This document shows positions 56,048 to 64,000 of a stretch of 64,000 nucleotides of DNA, piece after piece (the first letter of the stretch is position 1; every line of letters begins with the position of its first letter). The notes under the pieces are model-generated. The model made no database searches. It saw nothing but the letters and a program-made list of their open reading frames with translations, and had not been told where the DNA came from. Made by a program: the position numbers and the translations under genes. The stretch is taken from positions 29,822,001-29,886,000 of the forward strand of contig NC_091291.1 in the NCBI RefSeq assembly GCF_032444005.1. The letters are read 5' to 3'. The stretch comes from Ranitomeya imitator (Eukaryota).

Positions 56048-57829
56048 TATATATATATAAAACGTGTCTGTGTTTCCGTTCGGACGGACGGTGACACCCG
56101 TACTCTGGTACTCATGATCCGTTCTTGGCTTAATGGGTTTCGGGCAGGAGCTTAAAATCCTTATCGGCTGCTCATTACCCTTTATACACAGGATGTGCTG
56201 CCGATAAAACGGCGCTGTGAGGGGAAAGAACGATCATGTTGGTAAAAGACCAGCAGACGATTTGTTTTATAGGTGATCGGCGCTCGATGGCCAAAATTGT
56301 AGAAACACTCGTTTCCAATCAAATGACGGTGTAAAAATGCAGACGTTCACCCTCCGAAAAAGCAAAACGTTTGTTCCTCAGGTGATCTGATCATTTAGGA
56401 TCACTATCGGCAGCACGTCGTCCGGTGAAAACTTGAGGTGCGCTGCTCACAACAAGAGGCGTATAAGGACAGAACGGTCTTATTATCGATAGTTCTGCCT
56501 CCACCATTGTCAGTCAGAGTAAACAGGCGCCCGAAGACTGAGGATAGCTGTCGGCCGATGGCAGTTATCTCCCACAAATCCTCCATACACAAGAAAGAGC
56601 ATTGACACTTTCTACGAGAGCGCCGCTTACAGACTTCTCCGATGGTCGATCTTGCTGAAAGCAAAGGGATGTTATGTCTTCATCATTGTTGGTCCGTGTA
56701 AACAGGCGCCTAGACTAAGGGGCCCCATACACAATAGATCGCTGTCGGCTGATGGCAGCTATCTTTCCTGACATCTCCATTCACAGGAAGGAGCGTTTGC
56801 ACTCTTTACGATAGAGCCCCTGACATACTCCGCTGATGGTCGACCTCGCCGAGAACAAAAGGATCGGCAGTCCAAAGTTGGACTTACCATACTGTTCTAT
56901 CACCTGACATGTCAAGAATCGAGAGGCCTCCTTAGACTTTCGGCTGATGCCGCCGATATCAGTCTAATGTGAATGGGAGTCTTTAGGCAAGTTTCACATT
57001 TCCCAACAAGAATCACAATGATTGGGCCGGCCATTGGTCTCAGAAGTCACACAGGCATATATGAATTCTGGTTAGGAGACTTGCAGCCAGATCATACACC
57101 GTGTGCTCAGACCATGAATGTCGGAAGCGAAAAACCAACTTATATATGGTCCATCAGTGCCCATTTAGTGGCCTGAAATCAGATGGAGAAAAATGCACCT
57201 AAGGTTCGTAGAGGATGTAAATAAACAGTGAAAAATTGGGTGACAGGCTGACCACTTCAACACAGAGTGACCGCCAGTGTACTCCCTCCATAAGTATTGA
57301 TAGCTGGACTGGTCACCATTAAAGTATTCCTCCACTACGTTTATATTGATATCCTATCCCTAGGACCCTCTGCCGCCACCGGCCGGATGAAAACTGTACG
57401 GTGCGGAACAGCACAGCTCCATTAACTGTGTTCCTTCAAGTAGGAGCTGATCTTCAGTACCCAGCAGTGGACACTACATAGTTGAAAGAAATGTGCTTTT
57501 CCGCTGCACATCTGACTGCCACCAAAAATGAGAACACCTGATCGGTGACCAGAGGGCCGGACCCCCACTGCTCTGATACTGATGATCAATACAAGGCTGC
57601 TCACATGTGGATTCCCCTCCTAGTGCTGATGCCCTGCAGCAGAGGAGTGTACTGGCCCAATGGGTGCTGATAACTCTTGGGAGATTGAGGAGGGTTAACG
57701 AGTGTAATTTGCAAGCGAATAAAAAAATAATTAATTTTATTTATATATTTAAAAAAAGAAATGTAAAGTCCATAAGAATGATAGTGCCATAGAAAAAATG
57801 TCCGATATGCAGAGTACACGTCTGCACAG

Positions 57830-58100
57830 TAGAGATGAGCAAGTTATTTCGCACTACCCCTTGCCCAGCGCCCACCTCAGTATTCCGTGAACCCCAGACT
57901 GGGGCTCGGCATACCACCGCCTTCTTGCCGGCATACCCAACTTCGGATTAGCGGGTCTGACACAATGTCATGCGTACGCTAAGCTGCAACAATTAAGTCT
58001 AACCACACCGTCAAGTCAAACGAGGCATCAGGGATCCCATCAATGAACGTCTGATGTTTCCACATGACCAGCTTCTGGCAAATATATTTGCTTATCTCTA
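57830..58100. mobile_element. hAT-like MITE
   Basis: TAGAGATGAGCAA...TTGCTTATCTCTA; flanks CTGCACAG / GTGCACAG (7/8 TSD). Confidence 0.75.
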
Positions 58101-58771
58101 GTGCACAGCCCAAGTGAAGAAGAGGATCTGGACCTTTTTTAACAGTCGTAGAAATGGATGCAGTAGACCCATGTGGTTAAGATGGCGGCAACACAGGTGC
58201 AGAAATACCGATGAGGCAGGCACTCACAACCTACCAAATTAATGGAGGGGGCGGCTGCTTGGCATATGACTTCGCATAAGAGACTTGTATGTGGCGCTGT
58301 TCACACAATGGGAAAGCACAGCATTTTTGCATTTTTTCGGGGTGCAGTTGGGCCCATTCTGTCTTGTAAACTGTGGTTCCATCAGGAAAGAGAAGGATCC
58401 GGCCTGTTTAATTTTAATGGCTGATTTTTTTTGTTCAGCACAACATTTTTTTTTTTTTCACAAATACGCATTGTAAAAAAATCACCAAAAGCTTGTTGTT
58501 GGAACGTTTCCATAGAGAGCATAGGAATGCCCTTCCGACTGGTCTGGTGTTTGGGGGAGTCAGGAGAGACAGCTGTCAGCCGAACAATCGTTCAGTCTAT
58601 AGCTATGTAATGTGTATGGGGCTATTACACAATCATAATATAACACAGCCTTGAATATGATTAAAATAGAATCCAGCCCTAGGAATTAGAAGAAGCCTAA
58701 AGGTACCGTTACACTAAACGACTTACCAACGATCACGACCAGCGATACGACCTGGCCGTGATCGTTGGTAA

Positions 58772-59175
58772 GGCTACTTTCACACTAGCGTCGGAATCTC
58801 CCCGTCGCAATGCGTCGGGCAGAGATTCCGACGCTAGCGTTTAACGCACTGCACAACGGAGGCAGCGGATGCATTTCTCCGGCACATCCGCTGCCCCATT
58901 GTGAGGTGCGGGGAGGTGGGGGCGGAGTTCCGGCCGCGCATGCACGGTCGGAAAAAGCGGTCCGTCAGGAGCAAACAACGTTACATGTAGCATTTTTTGC
59001 TCCCAACGGTCCGCCAAAGCACGACGGATGCGACATGTGGCAATCCGTCGCAATGCGTCGTCAATACAAGTCTATGGGGAAAAAACGCATCCTGCAAGCA
59101 CTTTTGCAGGATGCGTTTTTTCTGCAAAACGACGCATTGTGACGGATTGCAGAAAATGCTAGCGTGAAAGTAGCC
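58772..59175. mobile_element. PIF/Harbinger (Tourist-like) MITE nested in another MITE
   Basis: TIR GGCTACTTTCAC...GTGAAAGTAGCC, TAA TSD on both sides. Confidence 0.85.
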
Positions 59176-61899
59176 TAAGTTGTTGTGTGGTCGCTGTGAC
59201 AACATCAAAAAAGACCACAGTCAACATACAGACAAACATCATTGAGACATCATTTCCATACAACATAGAATGGAGACCAGCAGTCACATCACATCATCAA
59301 AGTAAAATGCTGACAAACATCAGAGTGATACCATCCATACAATGCAACAATGGAAATTAGGACAAACCCAATTGTGATATCATCACAATAGAACACAAGC
59401 GTAGCAACGAAGATAAACACTATCGTGACATCAGAGAGAAGGGCTTCTCAATCTATTCCACTGGGGTCTCATCAGACAGCTCAATAATGCCTTATCAGGA
59501 ACACCCAAGTCTGGGCCTCACTATCTGTAGTGGAAGTCCATGCTCAAATGAAAAATAGTCCTCAATTTTTTGGCCTCCTAAACCCAATTTGGTATTAGAA
59601 TAAATGCAAAATTAATCCCTTATGTTGCTAAACTAAATATTTCTGAAGCCATAGAAAGGGCTGGGCAGCATATGATCATTTTTAGTCATTCGAACCCATC
59701 AATATTGGTAGTCCAATGTGTGCGTGGGCCTCCTGACTCTCATCTGACAGGCAATGTTGAGTAAAAGAAGTATCCGGTGGGTGAATTTCCTACTGCGGGA
59801 GATATAGGAGCCTGGCAGCGGCTTTCTCAAAGAGAACTCAGAGAGCTCAACCTTCCTATGCATGGGGCAGACAGAGGAGAGGGGTGGACGTATCACTGGT
59901 GCAACGAGCTGCACAGGGGCCCAAAAATATCTCCAAAACTGGTGGAATTTTGCATTATGACGAGCTATGGAACTGCATCCAGGTTACCGCTGTCTTCACT
60001 GCTCATATATCAGCACAGTTTCTATTCTGTACTTATTTCCTCTTCCTTCCTTTACTCTAGCTGTTTTCTCTGCCCACCCAGGCTGTGGAGATCTTTGTAC
60101 ACCCCTTTCCTTGCTGCTATCTCTACACTGAGGAGGAGGAGGAGAAGAGGAGCAGAGAGAGCTGTCAGAACCAGGAGCTCTGATGGACTTGTAACATTTT
60201 TGAAGATCACTCAGCTAGATAAAGGACTAAGGCTCCATTCATATGTCCAGTTATCCTGGATCCTGGTTATCCTAAACTGGATCCTTTACAAATGATGCAA
60301 AATATACGTACCCTTAACGTATATTAGATCCACACTGTCATATCTAGAAGAACCGCTCTTCTAGTATTAATGACTATTTCTGAACTTACTGCACCTGTTA
60401 CTGACATCATTATATAATAATCTCAGTTATAGTCCTGACCTGTAATACTTTGCATGTACTTACAGGATCATTCCACACAAAATATCTCTATAACTGCTTG
60501 GTCTACTGATGAGGGATCCATTTAGATCAGGAGAACAGTCATGGAGGATGTGAGTTGGATATATTCTTCAGGCTCAGGGTTTCACACTGACTAGTTGCCG
60601 TAAATTCACAGGTTACAGTAGTCGTCCCTCAACCTCAATATTTCCTTCTGCAGGAAACAGTTACGTATTAGTCGTAAGAATTCTCACATGGATAAAATTC
60701 TTGCAATTGGCCCACAACTTGGAATATTCACCATAGAGCTATTGTGTGGACCTAGATCACCGTCTTACTTAAGGCTATGTTCACATCACAAAGTCTCGAA
60801 AAAAGGGATTCGGGCATATCTGCCAATGGGGCCATTGTCTTTTATAAAGAAGTCATTTTGTGCTCAGTCTGACCTCATTTTTGGCAACATTTGCCAAATA
60901 TTAAAAGTCAAGGGCCAAGTCGGCGGATATGCCTGAATCACATTTTTGAGGAATTCACTCGGAGCCACTGACGTGTGCCAAAATGTTATGTAAACATAGC
61001 CCAAGTTATACCCATGCTGTTTGGTAAAAAAAAATGCTCACCCATTACCACTTATTTCTTACAAAAGCAACCCTCGGATTTGTACTTTAGGCTGAGTTTA
61101 CATGTCTAGTAATCGGCCATGGAAAAGCAAAAAAACGGGCCAGTTTCAAATCGAAGAAAAAAACGATGGCTATTTAAAGGATCCGTTTTTTCATAGACTT
61201 CAATGTTAAAAAAACTGGATCCAGTCGTAATCTATTTTTTTTTTTTAGTTGGAGAAAAAAGTGTCTGTACAACTTTTTTGTCCTGCTAAGACTGAGTTCA
61301 AATGTCCATCAATCATCCATTGGAAATGGATCCATCAGCAATCAGTTGAAAAAAGTTGTGCAGACGTAACTGTGCAGCTAAAAAAAATGGATTGCGACTG
61401 GATCTGTGTTTTTTAACATTGAAGTCTATGGAAAATGGATCTGTAAAATAGCCATTTGTTTGTTGTCTTTTTTTTTTTTGCTTACTGGATCTGTCTCAAA
61501 CAGAGGATTATTGGACATGTGAACTGTTCAAAGCACAATCTGTGTTTGAAGAGGAGATGGAATTTGAAAGGTAGATTTTCCACCTCAAGCTAATTAGATC
61601 TTTATCTCTGTTCTCATTCCTGTCTAAAGACTGGATTAAAAATTACACAAAAACTGGTGATTAACATGCAAACGATTCAGGCAGAGGAGAAAATAGTGTC
61701 ATAAATATCCACTGTGCTCAAGGTTTTGGAATTCGTCAATAAAGTCGCTTGACCAAAGCAGGTCTGAAAAAAAAAACCTACAAACCAGTTTTTCATCTTA
61801 GTGAAACCGCCCCCGTAATGGAGAGTAAAGTCAGAGAGTAAAGTATCAGACCAATGCTGTGGGTGACTCCGTAGTGTTACTATATACGGTATTTATATA

Positions 61900-63118
61900 T
61901 TCATCCTGCTCGATCTCGAGCCATGACAACTTGATGGATGACCTGTCTGCAAGAAAAATGATCTTGTGCAAGCCTAGATAGGTCCATCAGTGTCTTCTCC
62001 TCCATTATCTTGATTAACAGAAGCCATCGGGTCGCTGGTCTTCCTCTTCGCCTTGAACCTTCTACTGTATTCTTCCAACCATGATGTCCTTCTCCAGTGA
62101 TTGCTTTCTTCGCATGATGTGTCCAAAGTAGGCAAGTTGTAGCTTGGTGATCCTTGCTTCCAGTGACATGGCTTGATTTACTCCAGAATTGATTTGCTTG
62201 TTCTTCCTTCTATCCATGGTATTGAAAAAATCCTTTTCCAGCACCACATTTCGAAGGCTTTGATTCATCTCCTGTTTTGTTTCTTTATCGCCCAGGTATG
62301 ACATCTATAAGTTACCACAGAAAAGCCGCGTCTTCATTGCTTGAGAAATGTTCCTCGATTTGAAGACCTTGTCCAGTGACATCATTGTTGATTTGCCCAT
62401 AGCTATTCTACTATTTACTTCCAGTGTCATCACTGCATCTCAAATTGAAGTCTTTTACAACTTCCAGTTCATCGCCGTCCATCTCAAATGTGTCCACGTC
62501 GTACCTGGCACTAGTCAATATCTTTTTCTAATTTGTCTAGAGTAGCAGTCCCACGTTCAAACTTTCCATCTTGACACTCCGTAATAAGTACTTCATTCCA
62601 TCTACGCTTGTTGCTATCAATGTTGTATCGTCTTCGTATTTAAGATTGTTGATAATTTGTTCAGCAATTTTGATTCCTTCTTATTTTTCCAGAAGTACAG
62701 CCTTCCTGAAAATGACTTCTGCATATAAATTGAAGAAAACTGGTGACAGGATGTACCCTTGTCTGACAGCTCGCTCTACGTTGATCCATGCTGTGTCACC
62801 ATTCCATTCTGACTGTTGCTTTTTGGTCGATGTAAAGGTTCCTAATGAAGCTAATCAGATGGTTCAGCACACCCTTATCCTTCATGCTATTCCAATGTTT
62901 CCGGTGATCAGCACAGTAGAAAGCTTTGCTGTCGTCGTTGAAGCAAAAATAGATCTCCTTGTTGTATTCTTTGACCTTTTCTATTATCCATCTAATATTA
63001 ACAATAACATCTCTTGTTCCTCTGCCTTTTCTGAATCCTGCTTACTTCTCTGGCAGCTCTTTTTCAAAGTGAGGCTGTAACCGTCTTTGTAGGATCTTCA
63101 GTAGTATTTTTCTGGCAA
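61900..63118 (-). mobile_element. RTE (BovB-like) LINE fragment
   Basis: GCQTRVHPVT..F; NNLKYEDDTTL; LQLAYFGHIMRR; RTE-type 3' end near 61900-61930. Confidence 0.88.
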
Positions 63119-64000
63119 GAGGTACCACCTTTATGCTGATGACACTCAGATCAACCTCTCTGGCCCAGACATCACCTCTCTGCTGTCCAGAATCCCGGAG
63201 TGTCTATCAGCCATATCCTCCTTCTCTTCTCGCTTCCTCAAACTCAATGTGGACAAATCTGAACTCATCGTCTTTCCTCCTTCTCATAGATCTTCCTTAC
63301 CTGACTTATCTATCGCAATTAACGTCATCATGCTTTCCCCCGTACTGGAAGTCCGCTGCCTCGGATTAACCCTTGACTCTGCCCTGTCCTTCAAACCGCA
63401 CATCCAAGCTTTCCACCTCCTGTCGCCTCCAGCTCAAAAATGTTTCCAGAATCCGTCCTTTCCTCAACTGTCAATCTAATAAAATGCTTGTGCGTGCCCT
63501 CATCCTCTCCCGCGTCGACTACTGCAACATCCTTTTATGTGGCCTCGCTGCTAACATCCTTGCACCTCTCCAGTCCATCCTTAACTCTGCTGCCCGACTA
63601 ATTCATCTCTCTCCTCGTTACTCCTCTGCTTCCCTCCTCTGCAAATCTCTTCACTGGCTCCCATTCCCTCAGCGTATCCAGTTCAAATTGCTATTACTGA
63701 CCTACAAAGCCGTCCATAACCTGTCTCCTCCATATATCTCTGAACTAATCTCCCGATATCTTCCCTCACATAATCTCCAGTCCTCCCAAGACCTCCTTCT
63801 CTTCTCCACACTTATTCGCTCCTCCCCCTAGCACTTCCAAGACTTCTCCTGAATATCCCCCATCCTCTGAAATTCTGTGCCCCAACAGGTCCGACTATCA
63901 ACCACATTCGGATCCTTCAGACGGAACCTGAAAACCCACCTCTTCAGGAAAGCCTACAGCCTGCACTGACCCCGCTGCCTCCTCACCACTACCGGAGATA
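63119..64000 (+). mobile_element. 5'-truncated L2/CR1-type LINE, runs off the right edge
   Basis: [64 protein letters not shown]. Confidence 0.92.

Noticed and set aside
58066-58140. SPSEEEDLD resembling the PRRG2 N-terminus
   Set aside because: Straddles a hAT MITE end and its TSD; the frame closes immediately and there is no donor site.
60505-60540. Second hammerhead-like CTGATGA motif
   Set aside because: No correctly placed GAAA after stem II and no stem I/III pairing.
60466-60673. Two exon-like AG...GT segments (60466-60549, 60654-60673)
   Set aside because: The first has stops in all three frames and neither resembles a known protein; they could be UTR exons but there is no support.

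Overview
Vertebrate genomic DNA, almost certainly an anuran (frog), judged from its repeat content. It has four N gaps (27047-27188, 36774-36913, 38503-38664, 44766-44900). Two spliced host genes can be rebuilt exon by exon. On + is reticulocalbin-3 (rcn3; CDS 8863-13907, 326 aa, ends HDEF). On - is nosip (CDS 48783-25188, 297 aa). They are tail-to-tail, as in human 19q13. The main finding is that this rcn3 has two tandem 194-nt versions of exon 3 (10960-11153 and 11213-11406), 59 nt apart, with the hallmarks of mutually exclusive splicing. The two versions appear to match the two mutually exclusive exons of calumenin one-to-one, which suggests an ancestral CREC-family EF-hand switch that I do not recall being annotated in mammalian RCN3. 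The rest of the window is densely nested mobile DNA: three DIRS tyrosine-recombinase retroelements (one RT-less 2.3-kb derivative with complete ITR/ICR, one flanked by ~100-bp termini-only mini-units), four Tc1 copies (one with an intact DD34E ORF), a Penelope-like element with a hammerhead ribozyme fold, L2 and RTE LINEs, minisatellite-carrying non-autonomous Helitrons, and hAT/Harbinger/T2-type MITEs. There are also two large tandem arrays: a 5.5-kb 43-bp array resembling an L2 3' end, and a 2.4-kb array of ZNF143/THAP11-type motifs in rcn3 intron 1. All homology calls rest on recalled sequences and manual reading; no searches were run.
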